Origin: Vulcanimicrobiota bacterium
GTDB taxonomy: Bacteria; Vulcanimicrobiota; Xenobia; Xenobiales; JADMJV01
NCBI GenBank assembly: GCA_050250895.1
Contig: JBFWNU010000003.1
Coordinates: forward strand, 459,302-523,301
Length of the DNA: 64,000 nt
Direction: 5' to 3'
The position numbers and the translations under genes were made by a program. Under the pieces are notes generated by a model, which had not been told where the DNA came from, did no database searches, and worked only from the letters and a program-made list of their open reading frames with translations. Of the stretch, positions 9,609 to 18,868 are shown one piece after another. Position 1 is the first letter of the stretch; each line of letters begins with the position of its first letter.

Positions 9609-10128
9609 GTTGATACTCCGTGGTTTGTTTGGTTTGGTCTGCCTTCTCGGGCTGGCCCAATTGTCTGCCTGCCCTGCGGGCAAGCAGACCGACAGGGGCA
9701 TCTTAAGGCTGAGCTGGCGACTCACGGGCGCCCGGATCGAGAGAATGCTCACGCCAGAGGAGTTAGAGAAGCTTCCCCCACACATGCGGCCCCGTGATGG
9801 CGTGGCCGAAACCACCGAGTTGCCCTATCGGCTCAGCATCGCCATCGATACTCGGCGTGACTCGTTTCGAGTCACGCCCGCAGGCTGGCGGGGCGACCGC
9901 CCGCTCTTCGTGCTACGCGACTACCCGTTGGCTCCCGGTCACCACCAGGTTGTGGTCGAATTCGGGCCAGAAGACACGGAAGTCGAGGCCACCCGCTACA
10001 GCTTCGCTCAGAGCATTGAATCTAGAGCCGGTCAGATCCTTACGGTCAGGCTCTCTCCCGAACAAGATCAGCTAATTCTCACAGCCGCTCCAGAGCCTGA
10101 ACGATCCAAGCGGTCGGCGGATCGGTGA
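9601..10128 (+). CDS. Hypothetical exported or membrane-anchored beta-rich protein
   Basis: ATG 9601 overlaps the previous stop. Hydrophobic N-terminus with possible lipobox LSAC. Confidence 0.65.
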   Translation: MARLILRGLFGLVCLLGLAQLSACPAGKQTDRGILRLSWRLTGARIERMLTPEELEKLPPHMRPRDGVAETTELPYRLSIAIDTRRDSFRVTPAGWRGDRPLFVLRDYPLAPGHHQVVVEFGPEDTEVEATRYSFAQSIESRAGQILTVRLSPEQDQLILTAAPEPERSKRSADR

Positions 10129-10963
10129 AGGAATAGGCCAGCCGCCCCCGAGAGTCCAGCACAAAGATCATGCCTGGATGATTCACGTCGCCGTTTTGGG
10201 GATTGCGGGAGATCGGTAGTTTGTAGGCCTCGATGACCCGAAGGACATCCTCTACGGGTCCTGAGAGAACGTGGTCTTTGGGTCCGAGCCTGAAGGTTTG
10301 CGCTAGTCCGGGCAAGGCACCCGGAGTGTCACGCCAGGGGTCTAAGGTGACCACGACCAGGGCCGGCCGAGACCGGGTGTCTGCCAGGGCGTGATCCAGC
10401 GTTGCCAGCAAACGTGGGCAGACGCTTTGACAGTGGGCAAAGGCGAAGGTCAAGATGACCTTTTGGCCGAGCAGCATCTGGTTGGTCACCGTCTGCCCGT
10501 GTTGGTCCACCAGAACGAACGGGGGGGCTGCCTGGGTTCCACGGGGATAGTCCCGGGGGAGTTCGCTGTCCTCGAGGTTGGCGGAGAAGATTGAGGCGGA
10601 GTCTCTAGTGACGGTCACGACCCGTTGGACACCCCAGAGCAAGAGCCAGGCGGGAAGGATGGTCAGCGCCACCAGGACGCCACGCCCGGGGGCACTGGCC
10701 TTGAGGCGACGGAAATCGGCAATCAGCTCCTGCGGCCACAAGAATACCAGGGCGGTCAGCATCAGCAGAGGGCTGCCGACCAGGGTCAACCAGCCGTAGC
10801 CTTCTGGCAAACCGTTGGGCAGGCTGCCAAAGCAGGTCGACCGCGCCGCCTGAATCCATTCCGGTGTCGTCTCGGGCAAGGGGGCCAGGGCGAACCACCA
10901 CCACCACAGCCCGACGACCAACCAGGCCATCAAGAGGTGGCCTGCTAGCGACAGTCGCCTCAA
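10079..10963 (-). CDS. SCO/SenC copper chaperone with an N-terminal membrane domain
   Basis: FAHCQSVCP (CxxxC), TLDPWRDTP and a conserved His (VNHPG). Directly follows oxidase subunit I. Confidence 0.9.
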   Translation of the reverse strand: MRRLSLAGHLLMAWLVVGLWWWWFALAPLPETTPEWIQAARSTCFGSLPNGLPEGYGWLTLVGSPLLMLTALVFLWPQELIADFRRLKASAPGRGVLVALTILPAWLLLWGVQRVVTVTRDSASIFSANLEDSELPRDYPRGTQAAPPFVLVDQHGQTVTNQMLLGQKVILTFAFAHCQSVCPRLLATLDHALADTRSRPALVVVTLDPWRDTPGALPGLAQTFRLGPKDHVLSGPVEDVLRVIEAYKLPISRNPQNGDVNHPGMIFVLDSRGRLAYSFTDPPTAWIVQALERL

Positions 10964-10964
10964 A

Positions 10965-12683
10965 TCAACCCACCTTCCATAACAACGAGAGCAGCTTCCA
11001 GTTGGTGAAGTAGTAAAGTACGAACGCGCCCAAGAATACGAACACCAGCACCATGGTCCCTGGACAGCCCTGATCGTGAACCGCCTGCAACTCGTCCTGG
11101 CTGTAATCGCAGATGCGTTTGGGTGGATTGGCCACCCCCTGGGGCACGCCGGTCAACGCCGGACCGAACTCTTCAGGGCGAATCTTCTTGCCGAAAAAGA
11201 CCGAGATCACGGCCACGACGATAAAGCAGAGGGCACCGGTGGCGGCCAATAAACCGCCGATGCCCAGGCCGGCCAGGAACAGGTCCACGATGGCCGGATA
11301 CTGTAGAGAGAAGTCGGCTTTGGTGAACGAGATATCGTAGTGCCGGCGGGGCACGCCAAAGATGCCGCTAAAGATCATGCTCATTCCCATCATGGAAATG
11401 CCACCGCCAAAGAGGTAGGGTTGGATTTTGGCCAGGGGCCAGAGGGCTACACGCTTGCGGAAGATCAGTGGCAGCAAGTAGTAGGTGACTCCCATGAAGG
11501 CCAGAGCCGTGCCACCGGCCACGGTCACATGGAAGTGGCCAGGAACCCTCAGTGTATTGTGGGCCGTGATGTTGATTTGCTCGGTCCCGAGGGTCACACC
11601 AGTGATGCCTCCTAAGAATCCGAAGATCACCAGGGATAGGAACATCGCCGAGAAGCCAGGATCTCCCCACGGGGCCTTGATGAGCCACTCGAATCTGCCT
11701 TTCACGTAGCCGCGCAAGCGCTGCCCGGCTTCGATACCTGCGGGCACCGTAAAGCCGTGGACCATGCTGGCCAGAACGGCCAGATACATGGCGTAACTGG
11801 TGTTCCACACCTTCCAGGCCGGGCCCATGCCGGGATCCACCAACAGATGGTGGGCGGATGCCATAGAGATGAAAAGGACGTAAAGAAAGAAGGCGCCGCG
11901 GCTGACTTTCTGGTTGAGAACCACTCCTCCGACCGAGAGAGCGGCCAGGAGATACCAAATGGACACATGAGCAGCTACGTTAATCTGTTGTGAAGAATGC
12001 CCCAGGCCCCACCAAACCATGCGATAGATTTGCGGGTCGACCTCCATCAATCCGAGAGACCAGAGGAAGGTCGGGATGTAGATCAAAGCACCATGAAGCA
12101 AAGTGATTACCGCGATCACAGCGGCCGTGAGGGCCCCATAGGTTACCAGGGGGATGGCACCATCTCCATAGGTCTTTTCGCGCTTTGCCACGACCAGGGC
12201 GGCAAAGAAGAGACTCACCACCACCAGAGCGCCCACAGCGAACAGGATGATGCCCAGGTAAAAGGCCGGATGGGCTTTTAAGGGCACATAGGAAGTAAAG
12301 AGTACATCTGCTTTGCCGGCAAAAATGACGCTGTCGGTCATGAGTGCGCCACCAAGCATCAGGGCATAGGACGCCCAGGCCAATCTGGGAGCCGGCACCC
12401 GGCAACCAAGCAATACCGGACCGGCGAAGTAGAGTACGGCCATTTCGAAGAATAGGATGAAAAAGATCAGCATGTTCAGGCCGTGGAGGGTCAGCACCCG
12501 ATAATACCATTCAGCCGACAGCAGGTGGACCGCTTGCCAACGCGTCAGCGCCAGTCCGATTGCGGCGAGCACTCCCACCAGGAAGAAGACCACGGCAGTC
12601 ACGGCGTTGACCTTGATCAGCCACTCGGCATCCCGATGAATTCGGGCCCCGGTGACGGGACAGATGCGAAAAAGCTCGGTCAT
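10965..12683 (-). CDS. Heme-copper oxidoreductase subunit I, B-family-derived eNOR-type nitric oxide reductase
   Basis: YYRVLTLHG, AHHLL and GHFH ligands are present. The active-site helix reads GHSSQQIN, with Gln where O2 reductases carry the cross-linked Tyr (HPxVY). Confidence 0.85.
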   Translation of the reverse strand: MTELFRICPVTGARIHRDAEWLIKVNAVTAVVFFLVGVLAAIGLALTRWQAVHLLSAEWYYRVLTLHGLNMLIFFILFFEMAVLYFAGPVLLGCRVPAPRLAWASYALMLGGALMTDSVIFAGKADVLFTSYVPLKAHPAFYLGIILFAVGALVVVSLFFAALVVAKREKTYGDGAIPLVTYGALTAAVIAVITLLHGALIYIPTFLWSLGLMEVDPQIYRMVWWGLGHSSQQINVAAHVSIWYLLAALSVGGVVLNQKVSRGAFFLYVLFISMASAHHLLVDPGMGPAWKVWNTSYAMYLAVLASMVHGFTVPAGIEAGQRLRGYVKGRFEWLIKAPWGDPGFSAMFLSLVIFGFLGGITGVTLGTEQINITAHNTLRVPGHFHVTVAGGTALAFMGVTYYLLPLIFRKRVALWPLAKIQPYLFGGGISMMGMSMIFSGIFGVPRRHYDISFTKADFSLQYPAIVDLFLAGLGIGGLLAATGALCFIVVAVISVFFGKKIRPEEFGPALTGVPQGVANPPKRICDYSQDELQAVHDQGCPGTMVLVFVFLGAFVLYYFTNWKLLSLLWKVG

Positions 12684-13219
12684 GGCGTGTCCTCCACGAT
12701 GATCTTACCGACCATCTGGTGATGGCCGATTCCGCAATATTCGTTGCATACGATAAAGAACTCACCAGCCTCGTTAGGGGTGATGCGCAGACCATAGTCG
12801 TAGCCAGGCACGACCTGGAAGTTCAGGTTGATGGGCATCAGACTGAAACCGTGGTTGACGTCAGCCGAGGAGAGATGCAGGGTGTAGGTCACCCCTTTCT
12901 CGAGCTTGAGGATAGGTGACCAGCGCCACATTTGACCCAAGAGATAGATGTCCGCGCCCGGCGGTGGGGCCACGATATGATAACCCTTTTCCTTGCCGAT
13001 AGAGTATTCTTTTTCGAATCGGCTGACGCGAGCCCGGAATTCCTTCTTGTCGACCTTACGCCGAATACCAGACGGGTTCTGCCCTCCCTTGAGATGCCAA
13101 AGCGGCATCATTGCAAAGAGGACGAGACACCATATAAAGGCAACCGTTACCCAGAGCTTCTCCTGGGGACCTACCGGCTGCCACCAATTACCCTCAACGG
13201 GAGCAATGGGCGAGTCCAT
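12680..13219 (-). CDS. CuA-containing subunit II
   Basis: One TM helix, then DVNHGF...CNEYCGIGHHQM. Confidence 0.93.
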   Translation of the reverse strand: MDSPIAPVEGNWWQPVGPQEKLWVTVAFIWCLVLFAMMPLWHLKGGQNPSGIRRKVDKKEFRARVSRFEKEYSIGKEKGYHIVAPPPGADIYLLGQMWRWSPILKLEKGVTYTLHLSSADVNHGFSLMPINLNFQVVPGYDYGLRITPNEAGEFFIVCNEYCGIGHHQMVGKIIVEDTP

Positions 13220-13231
13220 ATCAGTCTCTTT

Positions 13232-13381
13232 CTAGGGTAGTTCCGCCGGGGGCAGGCTCCACACCTCGATGGCCCCCCAAACGGTGTAGAACAAAAACAT
13301 GACAAAAAGGCCAGCAGCCAGTAAGAAGAATGGGTTATCCATCAAGCGTTGCGCCAACGGGGCTTTCGAATCATCGTTCAT
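13232..13381 (-). CDS. 49-aa single-TM small subunit (subunit IIa-like), absent from the ORF track
   Basis: Translated by hand: MNDDSKAPLAQRLMDNPFFLLAAGLFVMFLFYTVWGAIEVWSLPPAELP*. RBS GGGAGG. First gene of the oxidase operon. Confidence 0.8.
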   Translation of the reverse strand: MNDDSKAPLAQRLMDNPFFLLAAGLFVMFLFYTVWGAIEVWSLPPAELP

Positions 13382-13408
13382 GACGAGCCTCCCGACTAGA
13401 TATGTCCC

Positions 13409-13450
13409 ACTCTAGAAGGCTCGCACGATGTCAACATTGATCCATGTCAA
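13409..13450 (-). promoter_or_regulatory. FNR/DNR-type box (TTGATCCATGTCAA, 13437-13450) with -10 TAGAGT for the eNOR operon
   Basis: Same 22-nt spacing, on the minus strand. Confidence 0.8.
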
Positions 13451-13469
13451 CCTGACCGGCGGGCACTGC

Positions 13470-13892
13470 TCACAGATCGAACTGCGCCAAAAGGCGCTCG
13501 AGGGCGGGTCTTAGGCGGCGAAGTTCGTTGCGATGCACCGAGGAGAGCCGGTCCAGGACCGCCAGGCCTCGGGGGGTAATCTCCAACCAGATCTGCCGAG
13601 CGTCCTCGTGGTTGGTCCGCCGAGTCACCAGGCCGTCTCTCTCCATGCGTGTGACCAGTTCGCTGGTGCTTTGCGGTTTACTACAGAGGCTCTTAGCCAG
13701 GCTGCCGATGCTGACCTGTTGACCCAGCGGCGCTCCCCGTATGGCCAACAACGCCTGATGCTGCATAGGGGGAAGCCCTTCACGCCGGGCCGCCTGGCGG
13801 CTAAAATCGGTGAACAACCTCAAAGCTAGCCTGAACTCGGCCAGCGCCTCATAATCCGCCTGACTGACTCGCGCACGACCGTCCCCATCCAT
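13470..13892 (-). CDS. MarR-family transcriptional regulator
   Basis: DYEALAEFRLALRLF...QHQALLAI...LVTRMERDGLVTR...DARQIWLEITPRG winged HTH. The upstream extension in the ORF track overlaps the radical SAM gene, so the start is placed at ATG 13892. Confidence 0.88.
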   Translation of the reverse strand: MDGDGRARVSQADYEALAEFRLALRLFTDFSRQAARREGLPPMQHQALLAIRGAPLGQQVSIGSLAKSLCSKPQSTSELVTRMERDGLVTRRTNHEDARQIWLEITPRGLAVLDRLSSVHRNELRRLRPALERLLAQFDL

Positions 13893-13899
13893 GGCCCTC

Positions 13900-14874
13900 T
13901 CAGCTTCGCTCCAACTGAGCGCAAGCCTGCCCCCCGAGCTGAGAATAGAAATCAGCCCGAGCCGATTGCCAGTCGCGACAATCGCGGCATACCACTGGCA
14001 GTTCGTCCCAGCGGGCCTCGCGGTGTTTCCGGCGAAAGTCCGCCAACGGCCCATTCCAGATCTCGGCCAGAGTCGAGGTGTTAGCGTCGCCAGCCACAAA
14101 CCTGGCGTCGAGATCCACGGCACAGGCCACCACCTGGCCTCGATCGGTAACCGACAAACTTTGCATGGCCCAGTAGCAGGGCCAACGCTCCTCCTGGCCC
14201 AGAACCAGATTCGAAGCCTCCACTTTGCCCGCCCAGCTGACTTTAGGCCGGATCTTGACCTGTGCTCCATGGCTGGTCCAAAAGTCGATAAAGAGCTGTG
14301 TCTCCTGGCTATTCTCTTCCATTTCAACGAACTGAACATAGACTTGAAGAGGTGAGGCCTTCTGATCGCGCAGGCGCAGAAGATGCTTCACATTCTTGAC
14401 CACTTTGGTGTAGTCTCCTCCAACTCGGATTTTCTCGTAGGTCTCTGGCAAGAAGGCGTCGATGCCGATATAGATGGCGTCGAGTTTTGAACCGATTAGC
14501 GCGTCGGCAGCAGCCTCGTCAAGAAGGTTGGCGTTCGAGTTGAGGACTACGTCGGTGAGCCCACGCTCCTTTGCGTAACGGATCCGGTGGAAGATCCCGT
14601 CGGGTTGGCGCCGGGTAATCAGGGCTTCGCCAAAAAACACCATCCAAACCCTGATGCCCGGGTCGGTGGCGGCGATCTCGTCAATGATCTTGACGAAAAG
14701 CTCCTCGGCCATGTAGCCTCGGGGCCGGGCCATTTGAGAATGGAAACACATCGAGCACTTGAGATTACAGAAACTCACGGTATCGATGAGCACCACTCGA
14801 GGAAATCCCCCCGCCGATTCATCCAGTCGGCCCTGTTTGCGTTGTTGAAGATATACTGCAGACTCTCGAGTCAT
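13900..14874 (-). CDS. Radical SAM protein with SPASM/twitch domain
   Basis: CNLKCSMC; C-terminal CYWA...ACAVD...CRDC. RBS AAGGAG before ATG 14874. Confidence 0.9.
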   Translation of the reverse strand: MTRESAVYLQQRKQGRLDESAGGFPRVVLIDTVSFCNLKCSMCFHSQMARPRGYMAEELFVKIIDEIAATDPGIRVWMVFFGEALITRRQPDGIFHRIRYAKERGLTDVVLNSNANLLDEAAADALIGSKLDAIYIGIDAFLPETYEKIRVGGDYTKVVKNVKHLLRLRDQKASPLQVYVQFVEMEENSQETQLFIDFWTSHGAQVKIRPKVSWAGKVEASNLVLGQEERWPCYWAMQSLSVTDRGQVVACAVDLDARFVAGDANTSTLAEIWNGPLADFRRKHREARWDELPVVCRDCRDWQSARADFYSQLGGQACAQLERS

Positions 14875-14902
14875 AGCGGTTGCTCCTTGGGTAGATCCTC
14901 CG

Positions 14903-14944
14903 ATTTTGAGCCGTGGTTCGAGCGGGCACATTGATGTGGATCAA
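14903..14944 (-). promoter_or_regulatory. Perfect FNR/DNR box TTGATGTGGATCAA (14931-14944) with putative -10 CAAAAT toward the radical SAM gene
   Basis: Consensus half-sites and 22-nt spacing. Confidence 0.75.
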
Positions 14945-14965
14945 CACCGACCTCCTCGACTGCGG

Positions 14966-15007
14966 TTGATCCACATCAAGGAATGGATCGGCCTGGCCAT
15001 CTAGAAT
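14966..15007 (+). promoter_or_regulatory. Perfect FNR/DNR box TTGATCCACATCAA (14966-14979) with -10 TAGAAT, nirK promoter
   Basis: Canonical class II (-41.5) geometry. Confidence 0.88.
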
Positions 15008-15036
15008 AGCCACCAACAAAGAAGGGGACATGTTGT

Positions 15037-16476
15037 ATGAAAAGATTACTGCTCGGGGTGTGCTTGGCGCTTTTATGCGCTTGTCAGACTCCTCCACCTA
15101 AGACTACTCCGGAAACGAATACGCCGGCCGTGGAGACTTCGTCGAACATTCAGGGCGAAGAGGATGCGGTGCTGACAGACGCGCCTAACGTACCCCCGCC
15201 CATCACTCGTAAACATGCCGCCAAAGTCAAGGTACATCTTGAGGTGGTCGAGGTCGAGGGGCGCCTGGCAGATGGGGTTCGCTACACTTTCTGGACCTTC
15301 GGCGGCCACGTGCCTGGCAAGTTCATTCGCATCCGAGAAGGTGATCAGGTCGAGTTCCACCTCAAGAATCGTCCCGATAACAAGATGCCTCACAACATCG
15401 ACCTGCACGCTGTCACCGGTCCTGGCGGCGGGGCTGCCGCCTCCTTGACCGCTCCCGGACACGAATCGGTCTTTTCTTTTCAAGCTCTCAATCCTGGCCT
15501 CTACGTTTATCACTGCGCTACGGCCCCGGTCGGTATGCACATCGCCAACGGCATGTACGGCCTGATCCTGGTCGAACCCAAAGAAGGCTTGCCGCCGGTG
15601 GACCGGGAGTATTACGTGATGCAGAGTGAGTTTTATACCGAGGGAAAATACGGTGCTGAAGGGCTGCAACCATTTAGCATGGAAAAGGCGCTGACCGAGA
15701 TCCCCGATTACGTAGTCTTCAACGGCTCGGTTGGCGCCATGGCCGGCGACAACGCCGTTAAAGCCAAAGTGGGAGAGACCGTCCGTCTCTATGTGGGCAA
15801 TGGTGGGCCCAACCTGGTCTCCTCCTTCCATGCCATCGGAGAGATCTTCGACACCGTCTATCAGGAAGGGGGTTCTGAGCCCACTCACGATGTCCAGACA
15901 ACTCTCGTTCCAGCGGGTGGCTCAGCCATCGTCGAGTTCAAATTGGAGGCCCCTGGTCGGTTTATCCTGGTGGACCACTCCATCTTTCGCGCCTTCAACA
16001 AAGGAGCAATCGCGATGGTCGCGGCCGAAGGAGAAGAAAACCAGCTCGTCTACTCTGGCAAAACGGCCGACAACGTGTATCTGGCGGAGGGGTCGACTAT
16101 CCAGAGTATGCCTGAGCGAACGGTTCCTGAGCAACCCAAAGCCCGGACCAAGGCCGAACGTATCGAAATGGGCGCAGCCGTTTTCAAACGCAACTGCGTG
16201 GCCTGCCACCAGGCTGAAGGCCAGGGTGTGAAAGGAGCCTTCCCACCGCTGGCAGAGTCGGATTTTCTCAATCAGAATCCAGAGAAGGCCATTTCGGCGG
16301 TGACCAACGGTCTGACCGGCGAGATTACCGTCAACGGAGCAAAGTACAATAACGTCATGCCCAAGCTGGGTCTGAGCGATGAAGACATCGCCAACGTGAT
16401 GACCTACGTCTTCAACAACTGGAAGAACAAGGGGAATGAAGTCACCCCTGCCCAGGTGGCCAAGTTACGCCAGTGA
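15037..16476 (+). CDS. nirK: Copper nitrite reductase (AniA-like lipoprotein) fused to a C-terminal cytochrome c
   Basis: [35 protein letters not shown] and VDHS motifs; lipobox LCAC; C-terminal CVACH...MP. Confidence 0.97.
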   Translation: MKRLLLGVCLALLCACQTPPPKTTPETNTPAVETSSNIQGEEDAVLTDAPNVPPPITRKHAAKVKVHLEVVEVEGRLADGVRYTFWTFGGHVPGKFIRIREGDQVEFHLKNRPDNKMPHNIDLHAVTGPGGGAAASLTAPGHESVFSFQALNPGLYVYHCATAPVGMHIANGMYGLILVEPKEGLPPVDREYYVMQSEFYTEGKYGAEGLQPFSMEKALTEIPDYVVFNGSVGAMAGDNAVKAKVGETVRLYVGNGGPNLVSSFHAIGEIFDTVYQEGGSEPTHDVQTTLVPAGGSAIVEFKLEAPGRFILVDHSIFRAFNKGAIAMVAAEGEENQLVYSGKTADNVYLAEGSTIQSMPERTVPEQPKARTKAERIEMGAAVFKRNCVACHQAEGQGVKGAFPPLAESDFLNQNPEKAISAVTNGLTGEITVNGAKYNNVMPKLGLSDEDIANVMTYVFNNWKNKGNEVTPAQVAKLRQ

Positions 16477-17231
16477 TCCGTAGCTTGCTTCTGAGCCTGT
16501 TGCTCCTGGTGCCGGTCGCGGCCCAGGAGATGCGACCGATCAAGGGCGGGGTCTACACTCCACTCTATCGGGTCGGTGACCAGAAGCAGGTGGCGGTGGC
16601 CGACTTCGAGTTGTCGGCCTATCCGGTGACCAATTCCGATTTCCTGGCGTTTGTGCGCGCCAACCCAGAGTGGCGACGTTCGCGGGTGAAACGTATCTTC
16701 GCGGAGCCTCAGTATCTCAAGCATTGGAACGACGATTCGAACTTTGATGAAAGGCTATCCGACAGCCCGGTGGTCAACGTCTCATGGTTTGCTGCTCGAG
16801 CCTACGCTCGCTGGCGAGGGTGTCGCCTGCCGACTCAAGACGAGTGGGAATTGGCAGCCCGCGCTGACGAGACCAGCCTCGACGCCACGCGAAAGGAAGC
16901 CTTTCGGGGCCGCATCCTCGACTGGTACAGTCGCACCACTCCTTCGGCCCTGCCATCTGTCGGGCGTTGGCGCAACGTCTATGGTCTCTACGACATGCAT
17001 GGCCTGATTTGGGAGTGGGTGAGCGACTTCAATACCGTATTGGTGACAGGCGAGTCCCGTGAAGACGGGGGCATCAGCCGCAATCTCTATTGCGCCGCGG
17101 GTGCCCTGAATTCGACCGACCCTTCTGACTACGCCGCTTACATGCGCTATGCTTTCCGTTCGAGTCTCAAAGCAAACTATACCGTGAACAATCTCGGTTT
17201 TCGTTTAGCTCGCAGCAAAGGGGAACGTTGA
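16473..17231 (+). CDS. nirV: NirV / formylglycine-generating-enzyme-family protein
   Basis: [32 protein letters not shown] and NLGFR motifs; coupled to nirK. Confidence 0.85.
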   Translation: MIRSLLLSLLLLVPVAAQEMRPIKGGVYTPLYRVGDQKQVAVADFELSAYPVTNSDFLAFVRANPEWRRSRVKRIFAEPQYLKHWNDDSNFDERLSDSPVVNVSWFAARAYARWRGCRLPTQDEWELAARADETSLDATRKEAFRGRILDWYSRTTPSALPSVGRWRNVYGLYDMHGLIWEWVSDFNTVLVTGESREDGGISRNLYCAAGALNSTDPSDYAAYMRYAFRSSLKANYTVNNLGFRLARSKGER

Positions 17232-17875
17232 TGAAGAAGAATTTGCTCTATGTCCTATTTGCGCTGAGTCTTGGCCTCGTCGCCAGCTGTAGTCGAACCC
17301 AGCCCAGCCCATCGGCAACTCCGTCAGGCGACGAGCAGCACGCCCATCACCATCACCAGGCAGTCGAGGCCGGCCCCCCCAGTCAGGATTCGATCTACAA
17401 TCTAGACGCCAGCTGGCAAGACCAGAATGGGCACCAACGACGCCTTGTCGAGGACCGCGGGCAGGTGGTAGTGCTGGCTATGATCTACTCCTCGTGCAAA
17501 GGGGCCTGCCCCCGGATCGTGGCGGACATGCAAGCCATCGAGCAGACGGTCGCGTCTGCGCATCCCGGCAAGGTGGCGTTTCGTCTGGTCAGCTTCGATC
17601 CGCAGGTCGACAGTCCAGAGCGATTGCGCCAATATGCTCAAGAGGCGAAGCTAGGCTCCGACTGGGCGCTTCTCTGCGGCCCCGAGGACCAGGTGTTGGA
17701 GTTGGCCGCGCTGCTGGGCGTGAAGTATCGCCGCACAGGACCCTCTGATTTTGCTCACTCTAATCTAATCACGGTGCTCGATCATCAGGGCGAGATCGTC
17801 TATCAGCAGGAGGGCCTGGGTGTGGACCCGGCCGCCATGCTGGCCGCCATCGAGCAACTCCTGGCCGGCCACTGA
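17231..17875 (+). CDS. SCO-family lipoprotein with His-rich linker
   Basis: Lipobox VASC, HAHHHHQ, CKGACP, SFDP and FAHS. Confidence 0.9.
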   Translation: MKKNLLYVLFALSLGLVASCSRTQPSPSATPSGDEQHAHHHHQAVEAGPPSQDSIYNLDASWQDQNGHQRRLVEDRGQVVVLAMIYSSCKGACPRIVADMQAIEQTVASAHPGKVAFRLVSFDPQVDSPERLRQYAQEAKLGSDWALLCGPEDQVLELAALLGVKYRRTGPSDFAHSNLITVLDHQGEIVYQQEGLGVDPAAMLAAIEQLLAGH

Positions 17876-18006
17876 AAAGCCATCGGGGGACGGAACATGC
17901 CTGTCGGTGGAGGAAGGTCGGCTCGCCGCAAGGCGTCGATCCTGTCTCCGCAGAACGACGACGCGCTGCGGTCCCCGGCTTCAAAGCCCGGGGTTTCAGT
18001 CGCTTG

Positions 18007-18048
18007 ATGATTTGGATCAGTGTCACCCCTCCCAGATGATGATATGCT
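18007..18048 (+). promoter_or_regulatory. Degenerate FNR/DNR box ATGATTTGGATCAG (18007-18020) with -10 TATGCT
   Basis: 22-nt spacing; centre 41.5 nt before GTG 18055. Confidence 0.65.
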
Positions 18049-18054
18049 CGGCCG

Positions 18055-18453
18055 GTGAGGGATGGCCGCCGGCCGAATCATATTCTCGCCGTCGATGATG
18101 AGCCTCAGGTGGCGCACGTGCTCGAGAGGTTATTGCTGCGGCTGGGCTACCAAGTGTCGATGTTCACCACTGCCGCCGAAGCCCTGGCTGCCTTTACACT
18201 CAGGCCCGAAGACTATCAGCTCTTAATCACCGATGAAGAAATGCCGGTCATGAAGGGCCACGAACTGGTTGCTTCTGCCCGTCTGCTCAGGCCGGATTTG
18301 AAGGTTCTGCTGGTATCTGGCAGCGCGTTGCACAGCACGATGCTAAGCGAACGCCATTTGGCCAAGCCTTATTCGCTCGTTGCCTTGGGCGAGGCGATTG
18401 GGCAAGTCCTCATCAGCTCTCCACCAGCGGATCCCCGAGAGCTGCTTCTCTGA
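18055..18453 (+). CDS. Stand-alone response regulator receiver domain
   Basis: ILAVDDE, LLITDEEMPVMKG, LVSG and AKP motifs. Confidence 0.88.
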   Translation: MRDGRRPNHILAVDDEPQVAHVLERLLLRLGYQVSMFTTAAEALAAFTLRPEDYQLLITDEEMPVMKGHELVASARLLRPDLKVLLVSGSALHSTMLSERHLAKPYSLVALGEAIGQVLISSPPADPRELLL

Positions 18454-18868
18454 CGGCGCTAGTCGACAATCTAAGCGTTACGTCGGGTCTCGCCCCAGCC
18501 GCGTCGGAAAGGTCTTTGAGCGACGTCAGCTTTTCGACGGCACTGCGAATTCGGGTGACGCAGTCGGACAATCCGTCCCTTCAAGGCTGCCAGGAGCCGA
18601 TCGCGTGAGATCTGTGCTCGAGACCAGCGAACCGTGACCTACTTGATACTGGGACATCACACGTCGATGACGAATCGCTACGCATACCGATAGTGGTCAG
18701 CAAGTCGGCCAGCCACGCTTTGGTTCATAGCGTTCCCGAGATGGCAGCGCAGCAGGGCCGTGCCAGCTGGTGCGTGGCCCGGGTACTGTCGGTGAGAATA
18801 GGTACAGGCAGTCAAATTGTATCCCTCCTGGTGCGGCACAACGAATCCCATTCCCGCCCATGGTTGGC

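Noticed and set aside
10965-12683. Aerobic ba3/cbb3 cytochrome c oxidase
   Set aside because: It lacks the cross-linking Tyr and sits under a DNR-type box among denitrification genes.
13893-14339. Long N-terminal extensions in the ORF track (MarR, nosD from 23032, cytochrome c from 26616, esterase from 58358)
   Set aside because: They overlap upstream genes; downstream starts with coupling or signal peptides fit better.
18454-18868. Short ORFs or ncRNA in this gap, and likewise at 393-661 and 46190-46700
   Set aside because: No recognisable protein motif, tRNA or riboswitch pattern by eye; an Rfam search would be needed.
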